From positions 811,554 through 875,553 of the forward strand of contig CM119266.1 in the NCBI GenBank assembly GCA_051294375.1: a stretch of 64,000 nt of DNA, written 5' to 3'. Made by a program: the position numbers and the translations under genes. Shown piece after piece: positions 11,323-25,330 of the stretch (positions within the stretch are counted from its first letter, which is position 1; the number at the start of each line of letters is the position of its first letter). Origin of the DNA: Paraspadella gotoi. Taxonomy: Eukaryota > Animalia > Chaetognatha. The notes below the pieces were generated by a model that saw only the letters and a program-made list of their open reading frames with translations, was not told where the DNA came from and searched no databases.

Positions 11323-14300
11323 AGGTGAGTCGGAGTTGTGAAAATTTCTCTAAACGTTGAAATACAATTTTGAATCCGCAATAATTCCAACTAATCAAAT
11401 AGAGACTTGAGAATTTGTGCGGATTGAATTATAATTACTCAAAATTGCAAGTGGTTGTGCTATTAAGTTTTTCGGGGTTTAGTACTGACAACTTGCACAA
11501 ATAGAAAATGGAGTAAGCTTATTTTATATTAAATATTAAAACGAAAATACTGCTTTATTTTTTGCAACGATTTAAAAAAAATATTATTACTTTTTTAGTA
11601 GTCTTCTTTCAAGTAGTCATAATACTAAAATATTAAAAAAACTTTCTCATAGTACGTCTGCCGCGACAAGGTCTTTTTTTAATTTTGATATAATATTTTG
11701 CGCCGCGAAATTGTTTGACTAATTCGGTATTTTAAACTATAATGTAATCCGCTCTTGACAATACATCACAAATAGTAAATAAAATATTTAAACATAGAAT
11801 ATTTTGGAATGAGACATATGCATTGTAGAAAAAAAATATTATACTGTGAACTACTCGAATGATTAAAAATCATTTTATATCATATCATAAATTATTTGTG
11901 GGCTAAAAAGCGCCGGTATCATTTCAGTTGATTGGTCGGAATTTTCTGTCGTCGTCGTTGTCGTCCCTGCCTTCGTCCTTCAACGAAACGACTCCATTCG
12001 TTCGAATGAAGGAATGAAAAAACTTTTTTTTTCCATCTTGTGGATTAAACCTATAATTCATTTTCGGCAGAAAGGAGAATCCAACGTAAAATGTGAATCG
12101 AAAGAAAGTGATTCGTGAATGCGAAGGGATCAACATGACGGCGAAGGGGTAAGCGTTAATTTTGTGAGAAATTTAACTTTAAAAACGTATTGTGGGGGTA
12201 TAGGACGGTCTCGCTTTGCCAACGCAGAGGGAAGTCGTTAGGACTGTGGAAGTGTGGATGGAACACTACGCCTGGGATGGTGTGTTCCCCCTCTGAGCCA
12301 ATGGATTTTGGCTGAACGATGGTGGACGTGAGGCAGTGTATAGTATAGTATTTTCTATGTTTTAGAATAATTTTTATTAATTTGGCTTTCTTGTTATTCG
12401 TGATCAATAATTTGGTTTTTATTTCACAGTTGTTGAGATAACGTCATAATTTTACTTAAACACTCTATCTATCACAATCACTAAATCATAAAATCTATTT
12501 TAGAAAAGCGACAACATGCTACGAGCTGTTGTGCCGCCATTTTTTCCGACGGGGTGTTGGGCGACGTTGGTCCATTTGGTGTCGCTCTGTTGGCCGATCA
12601 TCCTGACGCAATTGGCGCTCGTCATGTTTGGATTCATCTCTATTCCTTTTATCGGAGACTGGGGAAAGACGCGCTGGCGGCCGTGGGTGAGTCTTGAGAT
12701 AGTGGCCAAGGGTAAGTCAAGAGAGCAAGTCTACGGTGAGTCTCGCTCTATCTGTCTGTAAGAAAACTTCGCAAGGGCGGCTATGTGTGAGTCATGGCTG
12801 TGGGTAAGGTATGCGCCGTGGGTAAGTTTTAAACTGATGGTTGTGTCAAAAGGCGTTCAAAAGACATTTAAAAAAGTATGGTGGACTAAAATCCACAACC
12901 GTTCATCAGCGGCCATTGGTGCAGGAGGCAAGCCATTTTCCTCCCAACCAAAGGTCCGGCGTTCTACCCGGTAGTCGCCTAGCAGTTAAGAGGTACGGGT
13001 CGCTTAACCCGCCTGTAACTCAGTGTGACAGCCTGATCGAATCTCAGGGACTGCTTGATATTGAACGGTTCTGTCACTAACTCATAACAATTATTTCTGT
13101 CTCTTCAGATCAGCCTAATGACGGTGTGTAATTCTTTCCCATATCTGTGCTATAGTAAACCTACCTACTCTACGTGTTTGCTATTCTCCCAAATGTATAA
13201 GAACCAACGAATTGCGTATAATTCACGTAAATATACGTATTTTTTTATTCGGATTTCCCAGCTGCGTCTGCGTACAAAATAATGAAATAATTACTTTTGT
13301 GGATTTTAAGTTTAACCAATGTTTTTCTTTCGTCTTTTTTCGCTTTATTTCATTATTTGTTCTTTTATTCGAATTTTGATTCTATTTGATTTTAATATTT
13401 TTGCTCCGCTTTAATGGACATCATTGTATCATTGATTAATAAATGACTATCATCACGTCAATTATCGATTATTATCGTATCTACCATTATTATCTACTAC
13501 TATTGCATCAATGAATCGTTATTATGACATCGATTTAATAAATTTAATAATTGGAAATTAACAATCAGGAGGTGAAGATTAGGAAGAGATTATCGGGAAG
13601 TGACCAAGGGAAGAGTTGATTGGGAAGAAACGATTTTTAATTAACATTTTTTCATGAATTTATTTTAAAAATAATTTTGCTGGCAAGATCACTATACTAG
13701 AAATTTTTGGTTTTATGTTATGATATGAAATTGGTACAACCAATAAAAAAATTATCGATTCATTTAATAAATAATCTATCTTGCCCTTGACTTTAGACAG
13801 GCTTTGGTGGTTTAAGGCCTCCATCACTCTTACAAGATAATGACATAGCAGGTCCCTGCAAGCTTTCAATCAAGACTCTCTCACAGTCTCGTTTATTCAC
13901 TCCCAGAGTACCTGGCTTCCCTATCAATGAAGTGGAAAATATTTCAAAGAAAGTTTAAATTTTATGAAAAGACCACTCCCTTAATTATTAGATCGGGGAA
14001 TACTATATTGTATTCTGCCCAGCATCAAAATACAAGGAGCTGAATTTTCTGAAATTGGTACAACCAATATAAATATTATCCATTCATTTAATAATATAAT
14101 ATAATATAATACGCGATGATCACAAAATAAAAGACTCATCATGACTTGTCATCTAACCGCTAAATTATCGTAGACAGATTGTTTTCTCAAACTTATTTTT
14201 TCTTGCTTTTCTTCTTGACTGAAGAAAAGTTTGTTTTTTTTACAAAAAATTACATTTACATAGTAGTAGTCTTAATGGAACTTTTTTCTCATGTCTCCCT

Positions 14301-14900
14301 ATCTCCCTTCTCTATCCGCCCCCACTCTTCCGTCCGGCAGAGCGAAGCCGGTGGTCAGTTCGGCCTCTGCGGCAAAGATCCTCCAAACCATATCATCTTC
14401 ACGACGCAACCTTACGCCACCGTTGTCTTCAAGTAAGGAACTACTTTCTTTCTCTTTTTCTTTTATCGTTTTGTTTGACTTTGAGATACATTTACATAAA
14501 TAAAAGAATGCGTATTGCATAGTATTGTACGTATATGCATTATTAACTGAATTGATTCACTTGTAGATCTAACAGCGGCGGAACTCCGGGTCGTGGATTC
14601 AAACTCATCATCACAGCGGTCAAAGACAAAGATGGCGTGGGTGAGTAGGTGCTGCTGTTGCTGTCACTGTAGGCGCGATCGCTGTCAATACTGTCGCTGT
14701 CATAGCTTCATTGTCACTATCGACACTGCTGCTGTTAGCGTCCATGTTGTTGCTGTCGATGCTGCTGCTGAAGCTGCAGCTGGAATTTTTTTTCCTTTCC
14801 TTATCCATGGTGCAACGGAAACTCTCAATTCTTTTTTTTTATGTATTTTTTTATTCATTTCCTTTTTTCATTTAATTGCAGTTGCACTTCTCAACTCTCC

Positions 14901-14984
<84 letters not shown>

Positions 14985-15628
14985 CCTTGCATCCAATCGT
15001 CGTCGGACGAAACGATTTGCATAAATCGAGTTCCGTGTTTCTTGAAATTTTTTTCTTATCTTGTTTCTTTGGTTTTTTCTTTTCTGTTTCTGTGTTTCTT
15101 TCTACATAGATGTGAGTTTAGTTTCACTTTCTTTCTGTTTTTTTTTCTTTCTTTTAAAATATCATTCTTCTGTGGCATTCCCCGGGCATTCTTTCTTCAT
15201 TCAATTCTGTCTTTCTGTTCTACAAAACTTGCCTTATCTAAACTTACCTTTTTCGAATTTTTTTCGTCTTTTTTTTACAATCGTTTCTTTCTTTTTCTTT
15301 CTTTCTTTCGACGCAACGTAAATCGGCGACCGAGAAACAAAAGACGCCAGCCCGTCGGCCGTCGCCACCTGAGTCGCCATCTTGAGGAAAGGAGGAGGAG
15401 GAGGAGGAGGAGGAGAAAGAATGGGGGATGTTGAGAAAGAGATCATGGAGAGAATAGAAAAAGAAAGAATATAAAAATCAAAGGAAAAGAATTTCTCATA
15501 CATACAAAAGGGAAGAATCGAAATAAAAGAAGATAAAATAATCGAAATATTAATAAAAATTAAGTGCATGTAAATTAATAAAGTTAAAAAAGAAGGCAAA
15601 CGGATGTGTAGGAGGAAACAAAAACAAA

Positions 15629-15707
<79 letters not shown>

Positions 15708-18700
15708 AGAGCAAGCGAGTAGCTAATTACTTTTTTTCTTCCCCTTTCGCGAGAAAAGTCGGTAAGGAAGAAAGATCATAACTACTTTGGTCGTTAAGAT
15801 GATTGAGAATCTCTCCTTTTTTTCCCTTTTTTCCCTTTTTTTCCTTTTTTTCATCTTTTGAAACGTCGAAAAAAAATGAAAAGAAAGGGAAATTCAAGGT
15901 TCGATGATTTTTGTCTCGAGTTTGTCTAGGATCTTTAAGGATTTTGAACTCCCAGATGTTTTAAAATAAACAAGTAAGAGCGTATATAAATTATAAAGTT
16001 GCTTGATACGTATAACCGGTGGAAATATCAACAGATAAAACTTGATACTTTTCCAACTCACCTCCTCCCTTACCCCGCCTCCGCTCACGCGCCGCCATCT
16101 GTCGATCATAATCTGTCCACAACCACTACCACGCCCCCCGCAGCCCCTTGCGGTTTTGGCGCCAACTTCCAGTGCGACTCGGGTCACTGCATCAGCAGAG
16201 ATCTGATCTGCGACACCGTGGATCACTGCTTCGATAAGAGTGACGAGGGGAACTTCACCGGAGCCAGATGCGTTGCCGGGGGTGAGAATTGATTGATTGA
16301 TTGTTTGAACCATTTAGCATTTCATATATTGATTTATTCATTTTATTCAAATTCAGTTATTGATTTAGTTTTTTTATTTATTTATGGTTTCTTCATTTTG
16401 CTTGAATGATTTAATAATTTGTTGATTTTTTTTTAAAATTTATTTATTGATTGAGAGCGGCAGAGCAGGCAAAGTCTCTGACAGATAGATTGATTGATTC
16501 AATAATTGAATAACTGATTTATTGATTGAATTGATTATTAATTATTGATTGAATTGATTATTAATTATTGATTGAATAACTGATTTATTGATTGATTAAT
16601 CCGATTCATTAATTGAGTGATTCATATAATTATCTCTTGGTCGATTGATTCATTGATTGAATGATTGACTTATTGCTTTATACACTTTCTGATTCTTTGA
16701 TTCTTTTATTTAGTTATTTCTTTATGATTATCAAAGTTCTTTAATACTCGATCATTTTCATTTTTTTTCTTTTCTACTGCCATCCGCTCCCCACCCCAAA
16801 GGACCTCGACCTGGCCCACTAGAATTCCTTCGTCTCGAGTACGGGACTCCAGTCGCCGTCGCCGTCGTCGTCTCCCTCGCGGTGCTGCTCGTCCTCTGCT
16901 TCTCCGGCGTCATCTGCTGCTGCTGCAGATGTTTGCAGGTGGAGGAGGTTGCGGGATTAACATTTAGAATTAATTAATTGATTGATTGATATACTAGTTA
17001 AATAGATGATTGATTGATTAATGATTATTTGATTGATTAATACACTAATCAGCGCCAAAAATCTCCCACCACCAACGGCGTTCATCGATCCGGCGGCGGC
17101 GGGCATCAGAATGGCGCCTCCTCCGCCTCCGCCTCATCCTACGGCGCCAACGCGACCTTCGTCGGCGCTAATCACCATGGCAACCACGCCTACGAGAGTG
17201 AGTCTTTGTCCCGACACGATCGAAAATCTAAACAAATTATAGTATACATATTACATAGTTGTTGAAAGTTGGTTTTTTTTCTCCACTGAATTTATCACAT
17301 GTAATGTTTGCGGTTATTTTTTCACTGAGTGAAGATTTTTTCACACCACGGTTGCTGTTTTGTTTTTTCCTCACAGTGAACGGAGCAAAAGGATGAGCGT
17401 GGCGCCGCCAGACGAATCGTTTGGGAAACCCATATAAACCGATGCTCTTTTTGTACATACGTAGCTCCAAAACGATAGCTTGACAATGACCACAACCAAA
17501 AAACAAAACAAAAAACAAAACATCGAAAACACCATATGTTTCAGTTGAAATAATTTTGGTAAGTGGTTATTAATTCCCAAATATTATTTTAATTTTGTAT
17601 TTGAACCGTGTATGCTAACTTTCGATGTTCAAATCGGACAATTAATAAGTCAATAAATCACAAATTTACAAATTTACAAATTCACAAACTCGCAATTCAT
17701 AAATTTAAAATTTACAAATTCACAAATTCACAAATTTAAAAATTTACAAATTCGCAAATCATAAAATCACAATTGACAAGTTCCCAAATTTACAAATTCA
17801 CAATTCATAAATTCCCCATTTACAAATTCACAAATTCGCAAATCATAAATTCACAATTTACAAAATCACAAAACCACAATTGCGCATTTGCGCAATTAAT
17901 AAATTCACAATTGACAAGTTCACAAATTTACAAATTTACAAAATCGCGAAATAAAAAAAATCAATGAATCAATGAACCAATCAAGCAGTCAATGAATCAG
18001 TCAATGGCTCAACCAATCAATTTCTCCCTCCACTCCAGCATACCCCGAGGTCTTCGCCCCGACCCCCGAATCTCGCGTCACGGAGACTTTGGACTTGGAG
18101 GAATTGGAGGAAGAGGAAGAGGAAGAAGACGAGGTGGCGGAGGAAGAGGACGACGAAGGTAACGCCGCCGACGTCGAGGAGGACGCCGTCGGAAGCGGCG
18201 CCGGATGGAAAAAGTCGGTGCCGGCGCCGGTCACGTCGACGCCGGTCGTATCGGGTCTCGCGGCAACGTCGACGTCGGTATCGTTTCAAACAGCGGCGTC
18301 CGCGGCGGCATCTGCAGCGTCCGCTCCATCCGCGGCGTCAGGAGCAGCGGCGCCGCATCGATCTTCCAGACGCAAAACCGACGAAGTTCGTGCTTCCGGT
18401 GAGAAAATGATAACGATTCCTCGCTGCCCCGATTAACCTCCCCCTCTCTCCGCCATACACATCAAAGTTCAAGTTCAAACTCTTCCCCTTGAACATCTCA
18501 TCGACCTGATATCACTTTTACTCCATCAACCTATCTTTCCATCGATATCTTTTATACCATCTACCCATAAATCTCTTTCTTCCCATTAACTTATCCTCCC
18601 ATTTAAATCCCCATAAATCTCTTAATAAATCTCTTAATAAATCTTCCATAAATCTCTTTCTTCCCATTAACTTATCCTCCCATTTAAATCCCCTATTCCA

Positions 18701-18898
18701 CGCCATCCTCCCCATCAACGCCCCCATCATCACTCCATCAACCCCATCACTTCAGCCGTCTCTCGCCTCCGCGACCTCATCCACCTCCAGGGTCGGCGCC
18801 ATCCTCTCTTGACTTCATCCGGAGCCTGCGAGATGAGGGTCATCGCCACTTTCCCTCCGCCCGACGAGGAGGTTAAGGAATCCCCCGTCGCTAGGTAA
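6256..18898 (+). CDS. CUB + LDL-receptor class A + single transmembrane protein (NETO/LRP10-12/Culd-like architecture); 5' exons not resolved
   Basis: Exons 6256-6381 (ADNKDWRLMINVEFLDLNDIKFGTCEDVLQIFD), 14341-14432 (GLCGKDPPNHIIFTTQPYATVVFK) and 14567-14640 (SNSGGTPGRGFKLII) give a CUB domain. 16144-16281 (CGFGANFQCDSGHCISRDLICDTVDHCFDKSDE) is an LDLa repeat. 16802-16938 is a TM helix plus CCCC. Cytoplasmic exons are 17053-17197, 18039-18398 and 18756-18898. All junctions are GT-AG and in phase. Confidence 0.85.
7996..8235 (-). pseudogene. Frameshifted inverted copy of the CUB exon (right arm of the duplication)
   Basis: Mirror of 6256-6381. GGATACCCAATG reads GGATACCAATG (1 nt deletion), which breaks the phase. 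Confidence 0.6.
12136..12687 (+). pseudogene. Truncated, frameshifted inverted copy of MATE exons 1-2
   Basis: Mirror of 1653-2207 with single-base deletions in homopolymers (TTCCCGAC>TTCCGAC; ATCGGGAG>ATCGGAG). No exon 3 follows because the duplication ends at ~13366. Confidence 0.65.
17655..17955 (+). repeat. Degenerate ~8-bp minisatellite (TTCACAAA/TTTACAAA)n in a CUB-LDLa intron
   Basis: Visible tandem repetition caaattcacaaatttacaaa. Confidence 0.8.
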
Positions 18899-19165
18899 CC
18901 GAGCGACTGCCTCGAGCCATTTCATTAACTTAAGTTATTGTTTTAATAATCCTTTGTAAAATCCCCTGTTGTTGTAATTTTATCAACATTTTTATTTTCA
19001 AAAAATATCTGTTAAAAGAATTCGATAAAATATGTGTCGGGAAAGAGCGACAAAGCGGTTTAAATCTAGTTATTCGTTTATAGAGCCCCTCCTAAAAACT
19101 GATCCGAAATAATAATGATAAGATCGATCGATTTTTAATGGGTTATTTGAGTCGATTGATTAACT

Positions 19166-19238
19166 GGTGCTGTGGTGTAGTGGTTATCACGTCTGCTTCA
19201 CACGCAGAAGGTCCCCGGTTCGAAACCGGGCAGTACCT
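19166..19238 (+). tRNA. tRNA-Val(CAC)
   Basis: Acceptor stem GGTGCTG/CAGTACC, D-arm GTGTAGTGGTTATCAC, anticodon arm TCTGC-TTCACAC-GCAGA, T-arm CCCGG-TTCGAAA-CCGGG, downstream T-run. Confidence 0.93.
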
Positions 19239-19718
19239 GTTTATTTATGCACTTTTTATTATTTTGAAATTTTTATATTTAGCTCTTAATAATACGTATT
19301 ATTATAATTATTATTATTATTATTATTATTCATCTGTGATGTTATTATTATTATTAATATAATAATAATAATAATCCGTACGTATAATACTTTTTAGTCT
19401 TTTACTGACGATTGTTTATTTGACATGCCCCTGCTCTGCTTTATTACAATCGATTTTAGTCAATATTAGCGGGCAATATTCATTTCGATCAGAATGCTTT
19501 ACTTCAATATAAATTTAACTACGTATATCCCTAAAAACATTACCACTTTCTAGAAACAAAAACAATTTTGTCGCCAGTCGAGATGATCGAATTTATTTTT
19601 ATCAACATTGTCAACTCGTTAACAAAAAAAACATATTTAGCTTTAGTAGTGCTACATCAACCCTCTCCCTCCCGATCATAGCGCCGACCCCCCCCCCAAC
19701 CCTCCGAGATCCATAAGC

Positions 19719-22034
<2,316 letters not shown>

Positions 22035-23140
22035 TTTTATATATTAATACGCAAAGTTTATTAAGCGAAAAAAAGTTTAATGCTCCATTCGGTGAATGAC
22101 GGAAGTTATTAAATGCTCGTTTATTATTGGGTCACATTCGAAATTGACCTAACGAGGATAAAAAATGTAAACAAATAAATATTTTTTTTTCTCTGCGGAT
22201 TTAGACCTTATTTAAAATCGAAATAAAAATAATCGAATATCAATATGGCAAAAAAAATGTTTTCTTAACAAATTGTTTCGATTCGCGTTTTTTTTTTTGT
22301 TTTTTTTTTTGGCTGAAGTGTATTTCCAGTTGTTTATCGCGCTGCAATGATAACAATAATTCAATTAAAAGCTTTCGTTTCTTTTATTTTCTTGTTTTCA
22401 TAGCGCGCATTTTCTTTTTTTTTAGTTTTGGTATATAAGCTTGTTTTTTGTTGTTGTTGTTTTGGAGAGAGGGGAGGGGGGAGGCCGAGACAATCGAATT
22501 AAATCGCCGGTTCGAAACTTGCTGGTCCGTGACAGAAGTCGACGACCAGTACAATGACGATTGACGTCGAAATATGATGATAAAATACGTGACTTTCAAT
22601 TTGTCCAAATTTTCAAATATGAGGCGTTAACCGGTCAAGTACAACTTTACTTAATTTATACTATCAAGACAGTCTTTCAATTGGTTTTAAAGAATAGCTT
22701 GAAAACGACATGTCAGACAAGTTTTTGTCAACCCAACCAATTTCTGATCGGAATGCAGTACCGATGAAATCAAATACGGTCCCACCCTTTCCAACGCTTC
22801 GTCATCGCGACATCGCATGAGCTTTTTCGATGCAACGAATTGCGAAAGATTCCCGCGAAAATAAGAAATAAAAAACTAGAGAGGAAAATTGAGAATGACT
22901 CAGCTTTTCTCGTTTTCAACTCGTCCAAACAATTCTCCTATCGTCGGAAGGAGGATAAAGTTCAAAACGATTTACTTTTATAAATTCTTTTTTTTTTTAA
23001 TCTTTTTTCGTTGATCGAACTGGTGTGAGCGGTGGCGGTTTTGGTGGCGACGGTCTCGGGTAGAGGTGGTTGCTTGTATCTGCCGATGGCGTCGGATTGA
23101 TCCGCTGATCACGCGATAACGAGACCAGGTTGACTCGATC

Positions 23141-23174
<34 letters not shown>

Positions 23175-23176
23175 CT

Positions 23177-23226
<50 letters not shown>

Positions 23227-23345
23227 TCTTCTCTCTCTCTCTCCTTTCTGTGCGACTGAAAAGAGCCTGTCCCTTCAGGTGGAAAGAATAACTGCGAGAG
23301 GATCGAACTTTGTGCCAAACGAGTTTTCGAGTTTTAGGTCGTCGT

Positions 23346-23378
<33 letters not shown>

Positions 23379-23473
23379 GTTCGTCTTCAGAGTTTCGTCG
23401 TTTTTCTCCCTACCGAACGACGAAGGGTCTAAGTTCCGAAATAGAATAATTAGAAGAATCTCTCTCTCTTTCT

Positions 23474-23556
<83 letters not shown>

Positions 23557-23922
23557 AGCAAATCTTCTAATTAAGTCATTGACTTTAGAAACTTTTATTA
23601 TTTAGTTCATAGAAGCGAGAAATGTTTGAAAGGAAAAAAAAAATCTGTAGCAAGGTTTTTTCACTAAACTTTACTGAGTAGAACCAAAAATATCCAAACG
23701 ACATATTTTTCATACAAAGATACCAGCTATGTCATTATCTTGTGAAGTGTATCTGTCCAAAGTCAGGGGCAAGAGAGCTTATTTATGAAATGCATGGATA
23801 GTTTTTATATTGGTTGTACCAATTTCATACAAAACCATAAACAACTTTTTCATAATCTTACTTTTTTCTCCCCCACTTTGCTCCTCCTCCTCTTTCCTCC
23901 TCCTCCCCCTCCCCTTGAACAG

Positions 23923-24883
23923 ACCCTCACCTCTCCTCGGCTCCGTCTCCTCGACTCCTCTCCTGACGCCCGCGTCGACTCCTCGCTCACCTCCTCCTCT
24001 TTCTCCTCCAACGCCGGGTACACCGGTTCGTCGCTCCCGATCTCTCCGCCGGACGCCGGACGAGGAGGGCGTGGCACCTCGTCCTCGTCATCCCTTCCTC
24101 CCTTCAACCCCTGTTGTCCCCGGCCAATCTTCTTCCTTCCATTCGGCCGCTTCTTCCTACCATCCCTCGTCCTACCTCCCTTCCTCCCCTTTCCTCCCTT
24201 CCTCCTCGTTCCTCCCTTCCTCCTCGTTCCTCCCTTCCTCCTCCTCCGCCGTTCCTTCGACTCGATCGCATCCTCTCGACGACGACGACGACGACGACGA
24301 TACAGAAGACGTCGTCGTCGATCATCGTCATCCTCATCGTCGTCGTCCTCGTCGTCGAGATCGTCAACCGCAACAGCAGCCGCGTCATCAGCCTCATCAG
24401 CCGCTGCTGCAGCAGCAGCAACTGCCGACGGCCCGCTGCCAGAACCTTCCATCGAGTTCTTCGGCCGCGGCGTCCGAATCGACGGCGACGCCCACCGCCA
24501 AGACGTCGGCGCCGCTCGCTGTGTCGTCTTCCCCTCTCTTTCTTTCCACGTCCAACTCCCAAGCCTTTTACTCTTCCGCCGTTTACCCAGACTCCGGCGT
24601 CGATTTCTCCGGCAATACCGGCTTCGTTGCCGGACACGCCCTTCCGGTCGCGTCCAATCCCGTCGTTGTCATCCCGGGCGTCAATTTTTATCCCGAACCG
24701 TCGCCGTCTCCGCCGTCGCCGCTTTTCGGGCACCACGGAGCCGGCGGACAAGGTGTTGCCGGGCACGGCGCAGGCGGACACGGGCGTCCGCGAAAGATCC
24801 CTCACGCTAGTGTCGGAGGATCTTTTTCCGATTCGGAATCCGTCTATTATCTTCACAAAAAAAATATAAGTTACAACATTTAA
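23923..24883 (+). CDS. Probable terminal exon of an unknown low-complexity (Ser/Pro/Gln/Asp-rich) protein
   Basis: GC-rich island preceded by a pyrimidine tract and CAG at ~23922. The frame of ORF 23810-24883 stays open and includes FLPSSS repeats. No recognisable domain; strand and frame uncertain. Confidence 0.35.
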
Positions 24884-25183
24884 ATAACAAAACGTTGGTC
24901 AGAAAATAGTTCACTTTTGAAATACTAAATATTGTATAGCCTAAGGAATTAGTGGATAAAACGGTCCAAAACAAATCGTCTCTTTAAGCAGAGGATTAAA
25001 AAAATCAATAAAAGATTATTTTTTTTAAGAGTCAAACTGATTCATATGACGGTAAAACTAAATCGTGTGATAACATTTAAAAAAACAAGGAACGGCTATT
25101 CCAAGGTATTGCGCCGCATTACTTTTCTTTTTACTTATCATGTCATTTATTCCTTATAGTTTATAAGATTACTTTAAAAACAA

Positions 25184-25330
25184 AAGGCGGCGCCAGTAGT
25201 CGCTTAGATTTGATTTTTAACAAATGAGCAACAAACTATAGGCAAATTATAAGCGTTTTTAATGTAAGTGGGACAGACCAATGGACAGATATACCGACGG
25301 ACCGACCGACCAAAAAGTGACTTATAGAGA
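25184..25330. mobile_element. Non-autonomous interspersed repeat with GACC/GACA-type microsatellite (Helentron/DINE-1-like style), copy 1
   Basis: Reverse-complement match to 63581-63735 (ggcggcgc..., aacaaatgagcaac..tataggcaaatt, gacagaccaatggacaga.ataccga, aaaagtg.cttatagaga). Family assignment is inference. Confidence 0.6.

Larger units (their letters stand above)
969..13366. repeat. Giant inverted duplication: left arm ~969-7055, right arm ~7420-13366, centre with N gaps and short direct repeats
   Basis: The arms are reverse complements throughout, e.g. mirrored ORFs 3759-3953(+)/10247-10441(-), 1278-1556(-)/12783-12974(+) and 6205-6561(-)/7926-8270(+). Identity stops at about 969 and 13366. 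N runs lie at ~7057-7066 and ~7177-7201. Confidence 0.95.

Noticed and set aside
15248-15383. Possible antisense exon (MATQVATADG...) with AG/GT borders in a CUB-LDLa intron
   Set aside because: No partner exons or domain; mostly low-complexity purine-rich sequence.
24820-24850. DGFRIGKR on the minus strand resembles an amidated neuropeptide
   Set aside because: Single occurrence, no signal peptide or repeats, in the antisense frame of a low-complexity region.
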